Positions 8,372 to 17,299 of a stretch of 64,000 nucleotides of DNA are shown piece by piece. Within the stretch, counting starts at the first letter, position 1. Each line of letters starts with the position of its first letter. A program made the translations under genes and the position numbers. Origin of the DNA: Thermoanaerobaculia bacterium (GTDB lineage: Bacteria > Acidobacteriota > Thermoanaerobaculia > UBA5066 > Gp7-AA6); contig JBBSEW010000007.1 of the NCBI GenBank assembly GCA_038239305.1, positions 21,434-85,433 of the forward strand, given 5' to 3'. Under the pieces are notes generated by a model that saw only the letters and a program-made list of their open reading frames with translations, did no database searches and was not told the DNA's origin.

Positions 8372-10534
8372 ATGACAACTCGTCGCACCGCCCCGATGCT
8401 CCGCGCCGGGGGCGCCGCCCTGTTTCTGGCCTCGCTCCTGCCCGGTAATGCCTTCGCCGCCGCGCCGATCCGTCCTCCCGTCGTCGAATACCGGATCGAG
8501 GCCTCGCTCGACCCGAAGACGCATGTCGTCGAGGGAAAGGAGCGGCTTCTCTGGCGCAATCCCTCCGGGGACAGCGTCGGGGAGCTTCGGTTTCACCTCT
8601 ATCTGAACGCCTTCAAGAACGACCTTTCCACGTTCATGCGGGAATCGGGCGGCCAGCTGCGGGGCGACAAGGCGAGCACCGAGGCGGGCGACTGGGGATC
8701 GATCGACGTCACGTCGATGAAGACTTCCGGCGGGGCCGATCTCCTGCCCCGGGCCCGGAAGATTCAGCCGGATGGCAACGCCGCCACGGACGAGACCGTC
8801 CTGCTCGTGCCGCTTTCGACGCCCGTCCCTCCGCACGGCGAGATCACCCTGGACATCGCGTTTCGCTCGAAGCTGCCGAAAATCTTCGCCCGCACCGGTT
8901 TCATCCGCGACTACCACCTGGTCGGCCAGTGGTTCCCCAAGATCGGCGTCTACGAAACCGCGGGGATGCGCGGCCGGACGACCGGCGGGTGGAACTGTCA
9001 CGCCTTCCACGCCAACTCGGAGTTCTATGCCGATTACGGCGACTGGGACGTGACTCTGTCCGTTCCCACGGGCTTCGTCGTCGGTGCGACGGGCCAGCGC
9101 GTCTCGGAGGAGAAGCGCGGAGACCGGACCGTCTCCCGCTACCGCCAGGAGAACGTGCACGATTTCGCCTGGACAGCCGATCCGCGTTTCGTCGTCCGCG
9201 AGTACACGTTCGATCCCGCGAAGGACGTCCCGGCGGGCTGGTCGGCGCGCGCTGCCGGGGAGCTCGGAATGACCGAGCAGCAGATCGCCCTGAAACCGAT
9301 CGCCGTGCGCATCCTCCTCCAGCCCGATCACGTGGGGGCGCTCGATCGGTACAAGAGCGGTCTCCACGCGGGCATCGCGTACTACGGCCTGTGGTTCGGC
9401 GCGTATCCGTACGCGACCCTGACACTCGTCGATCCCCCGGAGGACGGGATGGGCTCGGGGGGCATGGAGTATCCGACGTTCATCACGGGAGGATCGGACG
9501 TGCGGCTCCTCCACTGGCCTCTCGCGAATACGTACCTGACGGAGAACGTGACGCTCCACGAGTACGGCCACCAGTACTGGTACGGGCTGGTCGGCTCGAA
9601 CGAGTTCGAGGAATCCTGGCTCGACGAGGGGCTCAATACGGACTCCGAGTATCGCGCGATGCGGCTCGCGTACGGCGCGCGGGACATGGCGCAGTTTCCG
9701 GGGGGCGTGGGCCTCTCCTACCTTTCGATCGCCCACGGCGCCTACGCGGCGATCCCGAACCTCGACCCCATCCGCCGTTTCGCCTGGGGATACGCCACGA
9801 ACGACTCCTACGGCGAGAACTCCTACATGAAGGTCGGGCTTTTTCTCGCACAACTGTCGCAGGACATTGGAATAGGAAAGTTCGCGAAGGCCCAGCGCGC
9901 CTACTACGACCAGTGGTCCTTCCGGCATCCCTCGACGGAAGACTTCTTCGCTGCTTTCGAGCGATCGACGGGCCTCGATCTTTCCGACTACCGCCGCAAC
10001 ATCGTCGAGGGCACCGCGCGGCTCGACTGGGAAGTCGTTTCGGCGCGGGGGTCTCGCGACCGGGGAGAGTCCGGCGTGTTCGACCGGCCGGGGGGACGGG
10101 TGACGCTTGATCGCGGGAAGCCCGTGGACACCGCGGCCGGAAAAAAGACCGCGTCGGGCCTCGACCGGGACAAGGATGAAGACAAAGCGCACCGCCGCTA
10201 CAGGTCTGTCGTGCTGTTCGCCAATATCGGGGACTGGCCGCACGGTGCGCCCGCGCGGCTGGCCTTCGAGGACGGCACGACGATCGAGCGCGCCCTGCCC
10301 GCCTCCGCGCGGTGGGTGCGCCTGCGTATCTGGTCGCGATCTCCCCTCGCCTGGGCCGCCGTCGATCCGGACCGGACGAATACGTGGGACGTGAATCGTC
10401 TGAACGATTCGAAGGTGCTCCAGGGGGGTCGCGGCGCCGCCGACACCCGGAGCCGCCTCGCCCCGGTGAAATATCTCGGATGGGTCGCTACCGTGGGCGG
10501 TCTCCTGACCGAGATCCTGTGGGTGCTTTCGTGA
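8372..10534 (+). CDS. secreted M1-family zinc metallopeptidase (aminopeptidase N-like)
   Basis: ATG at 8372 followed by a signal peptide (MTTRRTAPMLRAGGAALFLASLLPGNAFAA). It has HEYGHQYWYG followed by WLDEGLN, giving HExxH-x18-E. Confidence 0.88.
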   Translation: MTTRRTAPMLRAGGAALFLASLLPGNAFAAAPIRPPVVEYRIEASLDPKTHVVEGKERLLWRNPSGDSVGELRFHLYLNAFKNDLSTFMRESGGQLRGDKASTEAGDWGSIDVTSMKTSGGADLLPRARKIQPDGNAATDETVLLVPLSTPVPPHGEITLDIAFRSKLPKIFARTGFIRDYHLVGQWFPKIGVYETAGMRGRTTGGWNCHAFHANSEFYADYGDWDVTLSVPTGFVVGATGQRVSEEKRGDRTVSRYRQENVHDFAWTADPRFVVREYTFDPAKDVPAGWSARAAGELGMTEQQIALKPIAVRILLQPDHVGALDRYKSGLHAGIAYYGLWFGAYPYATLTLVDPPEDGMGSGGMEYPTFITGGSDVRLLHWPLANTYLTENVTLHEYGHQYWYGLVGSNEFEESWLDEGLNTDSEYRAMRLAYGARDMAQFPGGVGLSYLSIAHGAYAAIPNLDPIRRFAWGYATNDSYGENSYMKVGLFLAQLSQDIGIGKFAKAQRAYYDQWSFRHPSTEDFFAAFERSTGLDLSDYRRNIVEGTARLDWEVVSARGSRDRGESGVFDRPGGRVTLDRGKPVDTAAGKKTASGLDRDKDEDKAHRRYRSVVLFANIGDWPHGAPARLAFEDGTTIERALPASARWVRLRIWSRSPLAWAAVDPDRTNTWDVNRLNDSKVLQGGRGAADTRSRLAPVKYLGWVATVGGLLTEILWVLS

Positions 10535-11571
10535 GCGCGCCGGGCACTCTGCGATCCGGTTTTGCCGCGCTCCGCCGGTTCCGGCTGATCCTCCTGCTGA
10601 CTGCCTCGGCCGCGCTGCTCGGCGGCATCGCGGCGATGCCTCTGGCTCCGGCGATGCACGACGCTCTCGCGGGGACCCTCGCGGGCGATCACTTCATCCG
10701 GAATCACCCGGAGTTCGCGCCCGTCGACCTGTTCGATTTTTTCCGCGAGAAGGCCGCCGCGGTCTCGGCCGCACAGAGCGCGATCCTCTGGACGGCGATC
10801 CTGGGCCTGTTGCTTCAGATTTTCTTCGTTGGCGGGATCGTCGAAACCGTCGGCCGGGAGTCTTCGGGTTCGGAAAGACGGGTCGCGTTCTGGACGGGAG
10901 CGCGAAGGCATTTCGCCCACAACCTGAAGATCTTTCTCCTCTTCGCGGTCGCGGTTCTCATAGTTGTCGGGGGCTGGCTCGCACTGACCGGCGGCATCGG
11001 TAAGAAGATCTTCGAGAACGCTCCGCCGCACTCCGGAGGCCGGATGCCCTGGGGGATCCTGTGCGTCGCCGTCGCCCTCTTCTTCTTCGGAGTCTTGAAG
11101 CTCCTCGCCGACTTCGCGCGCGCCGCACGGCGCGTCTCGCCGTCCATCGGGGCTTTTGCGGCGATCCGGGATTCCCGGCGCTTGCTGCGCGGCCGCTGGC
11201 TCCGCGGGCTCGGGCTCCTTCTCTGCTGGGCCGTGCTCGGAGCGCTCGGGCTGGCGATCATGATGTCGCTCGCCTGGGGACAGTCGACGCCCACGGGCGT
11301 CTCGGTCTTCTTCCAGCTCGTGCTCCTCGCCGTGATCCTCGCCGTCCGTCCGGCGGCGCTCGTCGGAGCATGGGGTTCGATCCTCGCCCTATTCGACTCC
11401 AGCCCTCCTCCCCCCGAGCGGGAATGGCTGCGCGCCGCGAGCGCCTGGACGCCGGCCCCCGCGGGACCGCTGCCGGTCGTGGATCCGCCCTCCCCGCCCC
11501 CGCCCGAAACGGCCCTTCCCGCCGAGGTCCCCGCGACCCCCCTTTCGCCGCTGCCGCCCTCCGCCGACTGA
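10531..11571 (+). CDS. polytopic membrane protein of unknown function with Pro-rich C-terminus
   Basis: GTG at 10531 overlaps the peptidase stop (GTGA). It has several hydrophobic helices (LILLLTASAALLGGIAAMPLAP, ILWTAILGLLLQIFFVGGIV and others). I recognised no family. Confidence 0.6.
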   Translation: MSAPGTLRSGFAALRRFRLILLLTASAALLGGIAAMPLAPAMHDALAGTLAGDHFIRNHPEFAPVDLFDFFREKAAAVSAAQSAILWTAILGLLLQIFFVGGIVETVGRESSGSERRVAFWTGARRHFAHNLKIFLLFAVAVLIVVGGWLALTGGIGKKIFENAPPHSGGRMPWGILCVAVALFFFGVLKLLADFARAARRVSPSIGAFAAIRDSRRLLRGRWLRGLGLLLCWAVLGALGLAIMMSLAWGQSTPTGVSVFFQLVLLAVILAVRPAALVGAWGSILALFDSSPPPPEREWLRAASAWTPAPAGPLPVVDPPSPPPPETALPAEVPATPLSPLPPSAD

Positions 11572-11646
11572 ATCGGGCGGTTCGGCGAGGAGCCGGGCGG
11601 GCATTTCAACCGGACGGGCGAAACCTCCTGCGGCGTCGCTCGTATA

Positions 11647-11686
11647 GAGTGTCTGTAGGAGACGTATTCGTCTCCGGGAGACACTC
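11647..11686. promoter_or_regulatory. nested 40-bp palindrome ending 4 nt before the padR ATG; candidate PadR operator
   Basis: GAGTGTCT gta GGAGACG tatt CGTCTCC ggg AGACACTC. The outer 8-bp and inner 7-bp arms are perfectly complementary, and a TATAGA -10-like hexamer overlaps the left arm (11643-11648). Confidence 0.5.
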
Positions 11687-11689
11687 CAG

Positions 11690-12016
11690 ATGGCCTCGAC
11701 GAGCCTGCTCCAGGGAACACTCGACCTCTTGATCTTGAAGACTCTGACGCTCGAGGAGATGCACGGGCTCGGCATCGCCCGTCGCATCGAGCAGATCACC
11801 TCGGGCACGTTCGACGTGAAGCCGGGCTCTCTCTTCCCTGCCCTGCACCGTATGGAGGAGGCCGGATGGCTCGCGTCGAAGTGGGGGGAGTCCGACGCGA
11901 ACCGCCGCGCGAAGTACTACCGCCTGACGCGCGCGGGCCGCTCTCAGCTGCGCACCGAGACAGACGAGTGGAGCCGCATCGCGCTCGCAATCGGCCGCGC
12001 CCTGCAGACGAGCTGA
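11690..12016 (+). CDS. PadR-family transcriptional regulator
   Basis: 108-aa ORF containing LLQGTLDLLILKTL...HGLGIARRIEQ...GSLFPALHRMEEAGWL...RRAKYYRLTRAG, a winged-helix PadR signature. It sits directly upstream of the ADOP permease. Confidence 0.92.
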   Translation: MASTSLLQGTLDLLILKTLTLEEMHGLGIARRIEQITSGTFDVKPGSLFPALHRMEEAGWLASKWGESDANRRAKYYRLTRAGRSQLRTETDEWSRIALAIGRALQTS

Positions 12017-12026
12017 GGACTGTGCC

Positions 12027-14678
12027 ATGCGCATACCCGCCCGCCTCCGAGCGCTCGCCCGCAATCTCGTCCGCCGGCCGGGGGTCGAGTCGGATCTCGA
12101 CGACGAGCTCCGGTCGTTTCTCGAAATGCGGATCGCGGAAAACATCGCGGCGGGAGCCACCCCCGAGGACGCCCGACGATCCGCGCAGCGGGAAATGGGC
12201 GGGCTCGAGCAGCTGAAGGAGTCGGTGCGCGAGGTCCGCACGGGAGCGGCGCTCGATACTCTCGCGCGCGATCTCACCTCGGGCGTGCGCCTCCTCGTCC
12301 GTAATCCCGGATTCACCGCGGCGGCCGTGATCGCGCTGGCGCTCGGGATCGGCGCGAGCGCCGCCATCTTCACCGTCGTCAACGCGGTGCTGCTGCGCCC
12401 GCTCTCCTACGGTCATCCGGACGGTCTCGCCGTGCTGCTCCACCGCGGGCGCAACCCGGTGAGCCCCGCGAACTACATCGACTGGAGACGCGCCAACGAC
12501 GTGTTCGAGAGAATGGGGGCGGCCGAGTCCTGGGCGCCCAATCTCGCCGACCGGGGCAGCGCCGAGAGCGTGACCGCCGTGCGCGTCGATACGCGCCTGC
12601 TCGACTTCCTCGAAGTGCCTCCCCTCATGGGCCGGCTCTTTCTCGAGGGCGAAGACGCGGAGGGGCGCGATCACGAGGTCGTGCTCGGCTATCGGATCTG
12701 GCAGCGCCGATTCGGCGGAGACCGGCGCGTTCTCGGCCAGGCCATCCGGCTGAACGGTCAGCCCTACACCGTCGTCGGCGTGATGCCCCGCTCGTTCACG
12801 TTCCCTCCATTCTGGGAGGAGGGCGCGGAGCTATGGGCGCCTCTACCGCTCGAATCCCGCAAGGACAGCCGGACGGGGAACAGCCTCCGCATATTTGCTC
12901 GCCTGAAGCCCGGCGTCTCGCTGGCGAGAGCCTCATCGCAAATGGCGGCGATCACGGCGCGGCTCGAACGCGAGTATCCCGGCACCAACCGGGAGGTCAC
13001 CGTCCGCTCGCTGCAGGACACCGTCGTCCGCGGGGTACGGCCCGCTCTGCTCGTCCTGCTCGGCGCCGTCGGGTTCGTGCTCGTCATCGCCTGCGCGAAT
13101 GTCGCTCACATGCTCCTCGCGCGCGCCTCGGCGCGGCAGAAAGAGATCGCCATCCGCACCGCCCTCGGTGCGAGCCGCGGACGCGTGATCCGCCAGCTCT
13201 TGACCGAGAGCATCGTACTGTCTTCCCTGGGAGGCGCTGGAGGGCTGCTTCTCGCTTTCGCCGGCGTCCGGGCGCTCGTGGCCCTCTCTCCGGAAATACC
13301 GAGGCTCGAGTCAATATCGGTCGACGGCCCGGTGCTCCTCTTCACGCTCGCCGTGTCGATGGCCACGGGGATCGCTTTCGGGCTCGTTCCCGCGCTGCAG
13401 GTTTCGCGGCGGGAGCTCACCGAAGCTCTGCGAGAGGGAGAGCGAGGCTCGACCGAGAGCGGCGGCCGCAGCCGCCTTCGGAATCTCCTCGTCGGATCCG
13501 AGCTGTCCCTGGCGCTCATCCTGACAATCGGCGCGGGGCTGATGATCCGCACGTTCATCGCCCTGTCGGCGATCGACCCGGGGCTCGATCCGCGCAACGT
13601 GCTGACGATGCAGGTGTCCGTGGCCGGAACGTCGCAGACCGCCCCGGGCCGCCGTGCCGGCTTCTATCCGGCGGTGCTCGAAAAGGTGAGCGCGATACCC
13701 GGAGTTGTGAGCGCCTCGGCGATCAATCACCTGCCGCTCGGCGGCGACATCTGGGGCTTTCCGTTTCAGATCGAAGGACGGCCGCAGCCGAAGGCGGGCG
13801 AGAGCCAGGGAGCCACGTTCCGGGCAGCGTTTCCCGGCTACTTCCGCACGATGAGAATCTCTCTCCTCCGCGGCCGGGAGTTCACAGCCGCCGACCGGAC
13901 CGGGGCGCCCGAGGTGGTGATCATCAATCGGCGCCTCGCCGAACAGTACTGGCCCGGCGAAGATGCGATCGGGAAGCGACTGACGGTGGACGGTGCGGGA
14001 GACGAGCCCCTCTGGCGAACCGTTGTCGGAATCGCCCAGAACGCGGTTCGCGCGGACTGGACGGCGGACGCGGAGGAAGAAGTGTACGTCCCGTTCCTCC
14101 AGAGCCCGCTGTATATGGAAGGCCCGATCTGGCCGGTGCAATACGCGACCCTGGTCGTCCGAACCCACGGCGATCCCTCCCGCCTGGCGGGTCCGATCCG
14201 GGCCGCCGTCGCCTCGCTCGATCGCAACGTCGCGGTGTCGTCCGTTTCCACGATGGAGAACGTCGTCTCGCGCTCGAACTCCCGGCCCCGCTTCTATCTG
14301 CTGCTTCTCGGCTCGTTCGCCGCCGTCGCTCTCGCTCTCGCGGCGCTCGGAATCTACGGCGTCATGAGCTACTCGGTTTCGCGCCGGTCGCACGAGATCG
14401 GCATCCGCATGGCGCTCGGAGCCGAGCGCGGGGATCTCGTGCGGCTCGTCGTCGGCGAAGGAATGCGAGTCGCCGCCGCCGGCGCGGCCGTGGGCCTGGC
14501 GGGCGCATTCGCGCTCACCCGGCTGATGGCGGGCCTTCTCTACGGAGTCCGCGCTACCGACCCCGTGACATTCACCCTCGTTGCCGTACTTCTCTCGATC
14601 GTGGCGCTCGCCGCGAGCTGGATTCCCGCCCGCCGGGCGACACGGGTAGACCCGCTGACAGCGCTGCGCCACGACTGA
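12027..14678 (+). CDS. ADOP-family duplicated FtsX/MacB-type permease
   Basis: 883-aa ORF with the characteristic N-terminus (LRALARNLVRRPGVESDLDDELRSFLEMRIAENIAAG...PEDARRSAQREMGG). It carries two MacB-periplasmic-domain plus FtsX modules, and no ATPase gene is adjacent. Confidence 0.92.
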   Translation: MRIPARLRALARNLVRRPGVESDLDDELRSFLEMRIAENIAAGATPEDARRSAQREMGGLEQLKESVREVRTGAALDTLARDLTSGVRLLVRNPGFTAAAVIALALGIGASAAIFTVVNAVLLRPLSYGHPDGLAVLLHRGRNPVSPANYIDWRRANDVFERMGAAESWAPNLADRGSAESVTAVRVDTRLLDFLEVPPLMGRLFLEGEDAEGRDHEVVLGYRIWQRRFGGDRRVLGQAIRLNGQPYTVVGVMPRSFTFPPFWEEGAELWAPLPLESRKDSRTGNSLRIFARLKPGVSLARASSQMAAITARLEREYPGTNREVTVRSLQDTVVRGVRPALLVLLGAVGFVLVIACANVAHMLLARASARQKEIAIRTALGASRGRVIRQLLTESIVLSSLGGAGGLLLAFAGVRALVALSPEIPRLESISVDGPVLLFTLAVSMATGIAFGLVPALQVSRRELTEALREGERGSTESGGRSRLRNLLVGSELSLALILTIGAGLMIRTFIALSAIDPGLDPRNVLTMQVSVAGTSQTAPGRRAGFYPAVLEKVSAIPGVVSASAINHLPLGGDIWGFPFQIEGRPQPKAGESQGATFRAAFPGYFRTMRISLLRGREFTAADRTGAPEVVIINRRLAEQYWPGEDAIGKRLTVDGAGDEPLWRTVVGIAQNAVRADWTADAEEEVYVPFLQSPLYMEGPIWPVQYATLVVRTHGDPSRLAGPIRAAVASLDRNVAVSSVSTMENVVSRSNSRPRFYLLLLGSFAAVALALAALGIYGVMSYSVSRRSHEIGIRMALGAERGDLVRLVVGEGMRVAAAGAAVGLAGAFALTRLMAGLLYGVRATDPVTFTLVAVLLSIVALAASWIPARRATRVDPLTALRHD

Positions 14679-14704
14679 GGGCGGGGGGTGAGGGATCGGA
14701 AGAC

Positions 14705-14871
14705 GGGAAACGGGAAACGGGAAACGGGAAACGAGGGAGACATCGCTCTTACCGATCCTCGATCACCCGATTCCCCGGATTGATCACCCGATCACCCGAT
14801 CACCCGATTTCAGCTGATAGTTCGATCGATCGCGAGATCATGAGATCGCGAGATCGCGAGATCGCGAGATC
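14705..14871. repeat. Modular short-tandem-repeat locus L1: (GGGAAAC)x4, (GATCACCC)x~5, GTTCGATCGATC, (GCGAGATC)x5
   Basis: Read directly. GGGAAAC x4 at 14705-14732. GATCACCC-type units at 14761-14805, with three perfect copies at 14782-14805. GTTCGATC-GATC at 14820-14831. GCGAGATC x5 at 14832-14871, with one ATGAGATC variant. The locus lies between the convergent ADOP and aminotransferase genes. Confidence 0.96.
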
Positions 14872-14895
14872 GGTCCTCGCACCACCACTCCGGCT

Positions 14896-16086
14896 TTAGT
14901 CCCCCGCCCACTCCCCCAGTCTTCTCATCCCTTCCTCCACCCGCTCGATCGGTGTGGCGAATGAGAGCCGGATGCAGTCGTCCTCGCCGAAAGCGTCGCC
15001 CGGAACCGCGGCAACGCGCGCCTCGTCGAGGAGCCGCCGGCAGAACTCGGAAGAGCCCCGGATGTTCTTGCGAGCGCATATCGACCGGACGTCGGGAAAC
15101 GTGTAGAAGGCGCCCTCCGGGGCAACGACCTCGACGCCGGGAATCGCCCTCAGTCCGGCGAGCATGACGTCGCGTCGGCGCGCGTACTCCGCGAGCATAC
15201 CGGCGACGGACTTCTCGGAGCGCCCGAGGTCCGCGAGCGCACCAATGCCCGCCTCCTGCGAGATCGACGTCGCGTTCGACGTCGAATGGCTCTGGAACGA
15301 CGACATCGCCGCGACGAGATCCGCCGGCGCCAGAGCCCATCCCAGGCGCCAGCCGGTCATCGCGTAGGTCTTCGAGAGGGCTCCCGTGACGACCATGCGG
15401 TCGGGAAATCGAGCCCAGTACGAGGCGGCCGACACGTGCCTCCGGTCCCCGTAGAGAAAGCGATCGTACGTCTCGTCGAACACGAGCACGGCGTCATGCG
15501 AGGAGCACCAGTCGAGGATTCCCTCGATATCGCGATCTTCCACGACGGCGCCGGTGGGATTGTTCGGGGAGTTCAGGATGACGCCCCGCACTCGCGGGCC
15601 GGCTTCCCGCTCGAGCAGGGCGGCCGTGGGCTTCCAGCCATCCTGCCTCCGGGTCTGGAGGAAAACGGGATCCGCTCCCGAAAGACGGACCATTTCGGGA
15701 AACGACACCCAGAATGGCGAGAAGATCGCGACCTCGTCGCCGCTTTCGAACATGGCCTGGCAGGTGTTGAACACCGCCTGCTTCGCGCCGGCCGTCACGA
15801 GGACGTTCGCGGGGCCGCATGGGGTGCCATGCTCCCGGCGGTACTGTTCGGCAATCGCCACGCGCAGCTCGGGAACTCCGGCGGTGTCCGTGTATTTCGT
15901 GAACCCCTTCTCGATGGCGGAGATGCCGGCGCGAGAGACGAAGTCGGGCGTCGGGAAGTCCGGCTCCCCGATTCCGAAGTCGACCACGTCGACCCCGGCT
16001 GCCGCCAGCGCCTTGGCCGCCTTCCCGACGGCGGCGGTCGACGACGGCTGGATTTCCGTGACGCGCCGCGAAAGCCGCAGTGTCAC
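14896..16086 (-). CDS. class I/II PLP-dependent aminotransferase (aspartate aminotransferase-like)
   Basis: GTG at 16086 overlaps the stop of the upstream gene (GTGA). Motifs: NSPNNPTG, SKTYAMTGWRLGW (PLP lysine), IRLSFA. Confidence 0.9.
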   Translation of the reverse strand: MTLRLSRRVTEIQPSSTAAVGKAAKALAAAGVDVVDFGIGEPDFPTPDFVSRAGISAIEKGFTKYTDTAGVPELRVAIAEQYRREHGTPCGPANVLVTAGAKQAVFNTCQAMFESGDEVAIFSPFWVSFPEMVRLSGADPVFLQTRRQDGWKPTAALLEREAGPRVRGVILNSPNNPTGAVVEDRDIEGILDWCSSHDAVLVFDETYDRFLYGDRRHVSAASYWARFPDRMVVTGALSKTYAMTGWRLGWALAPADLVAAMSSFQSHSTSNATSISQEAGIGALADLGRSEKSVAGMLAEYARRRDVMLAGLRAIPGVEVVAPEGAFYTFPDVRSICARKNIRGSSEFCRRLLDEARVAAVPGDAFGEDDCIRLSFATPIERVEEGMRRLGEWAGD

Positions 16087-17282
16087 GCGACCGTGCCCTT
16101 CCAGGATCGTCGGAATGCGGCGAAGGCGTGCAGTTTCTTCTTCCCCGCGGCCACGAGCCCGATTTCGACCACGATCCAGGCACCATACACAAAAAGCATC
16201 TCGTGGCGAAGCGACGGAAGCGCGAATTGCACTGCCCACAGCACGAAGAGTCCCGCCGCCTCGTAGGCCGCGAAGTCCATCGACGCGAGGAAGATCCATC
16301 CGAGAAAGGACTGGAGGATCGTGAGCAGGATCTCGTGCCGCTGGAACTCGTCGAACGGCAGCGGCGCGAACGAGCCGTGGCTCCAGCAGTAGATGACGCC
16401 GAGGAGAGCCGAGAGGATCCCCCACTGGTTGATGTTCGACGAGACCATGTTCACGAGAGCGACCGGAGCGCGCGTGACGCGACGGGCCCACGCGAATGCG
16501 GAGGTTTTCTCCGGAAATTCGGAGAGAAACGGGGCGACCCACTGGATGAAGACGAACTGCGACATGCCGAAGCTCGTCGCCAGGGCGAGCATCGACGTCA
16601 GAAAGGGCTCGGCCACGAAGAAGATGACGAGACCGCCGCCGACGAGCAGCGCCCCGACGGCCAGCCATCGCCGGGCGCCCGTATACGACAGAGCCCAGCG
16701 CGAGACGGCCGGTATCTCGTCGTTTTCCTCGATGCATTCCGGCCGCGGAGGCATGCGCAGGAGGATCGCGAGATAGATGAAATACGTCGTCGCAAGCACC
16801 GCGGAGTCAAGGAGCGAGAGACTTCCCTTCGCCCAGATGACGACGAAATAGGCGAGCGGCGGAAGAAGCCCCAGCACCTCGACGGCATGGTCATCGAGCA
16901 GCTGGATGGACCCGAGCTTCTTCCCGCGGCGCCGCTTCGAGTAAAACGCCGCGACGGCGTAGATCATCGGCCAGCCGAGCCCGGTCAGGAGTCGCAGGCT
17001 CCCGGTGAAGTTCGCGATCGCGAGGTGAACCATGCTCGGGTTCTTGCCCGCTTTCCAGGCGATCACCGCTTCGACCGCGAATTCCGGAAACGTCTGGACG
17101 AGCGCGAGAACGGCGAGGGCAAGGCCCTGGGACATCAGGAACTCGGCCGCTTCGGCGCCCCAGGCGACGAGAAACGCGGACGCGATCATCGCGGGGAAGG
17201 TCCAGAATGCAGAGGCGGGATTCCCGGGTGCGGCGGATTCGAGGCCGGCGGCGAAGTCGAACTTTTCCCGCCAGGACCTCAT
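16083..17282 (-). CDS. CaCA-family (sodium/calcium exchanger-like) membrane protein
   Basis: 399-aa polytopic ORF with two internally similar halves carrying acidic alpha-repeat-like motifs (GAEAAEF..., TFPEFAVE and VAPFLSEFPEKT). The start could instead be the internal Met (MIASAFLV), because the divergent trmH start is only 17 bp away. Confidence 0.6.
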   Translation of the reverse strand: MRSWREKFDFAAGLESAAPGNPASAFWTFPAMIASAFLVAWGAEAAEFLMSQGLALAVLALVQTFPEFAVEAVIAWKAGKNPSMVHLAIANFTGSLRLLTGLGWPMIYAVAAFYSKRRRGKKLGSIQLLDDHAVEVLGLLPPLAYFVVIWAKGSLSLLDSAVLATTYFIYLAILLRMPPRPECIEENDEIPAVSRWALSYTGARRWLAVGALLVGGGLVIFFVAEPFLTSMLALATSFGMSQFVFIQWVAPFLSEFPEKTSAFAWARRVTRAPVALVNMVSSNINQWGILSALLGVIYCWSHGSFAPLPFDEFQRHEILLTILQSFLGWIFLASMDFAAYEAAGLFVLWAVQFALPSLRHEMLFVYGAWIVVEIGLVAAGKKKLHAFAAFRRSWKGTVA

Positions 17283-17299
17283 GGCGCTCGGGTTATAGC

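Noticed and set aside
8327-10243. N-terminal 639 codons of the 966-aa minus-strand ORF 7343-10243
   Set aside because: This part is antisense to the M1 peptidase gene and its composition is junk. Only the last 327 codons, from MPLCLLTGATGFLG, form a recognisable SDR protein.
14705-14871. CRISPR array interpretation of the tandem-repeat loci
   Set aside because: The units are only 6-8 nt long and directly abut one another with no unique spacers. No cas genes are present in the window.
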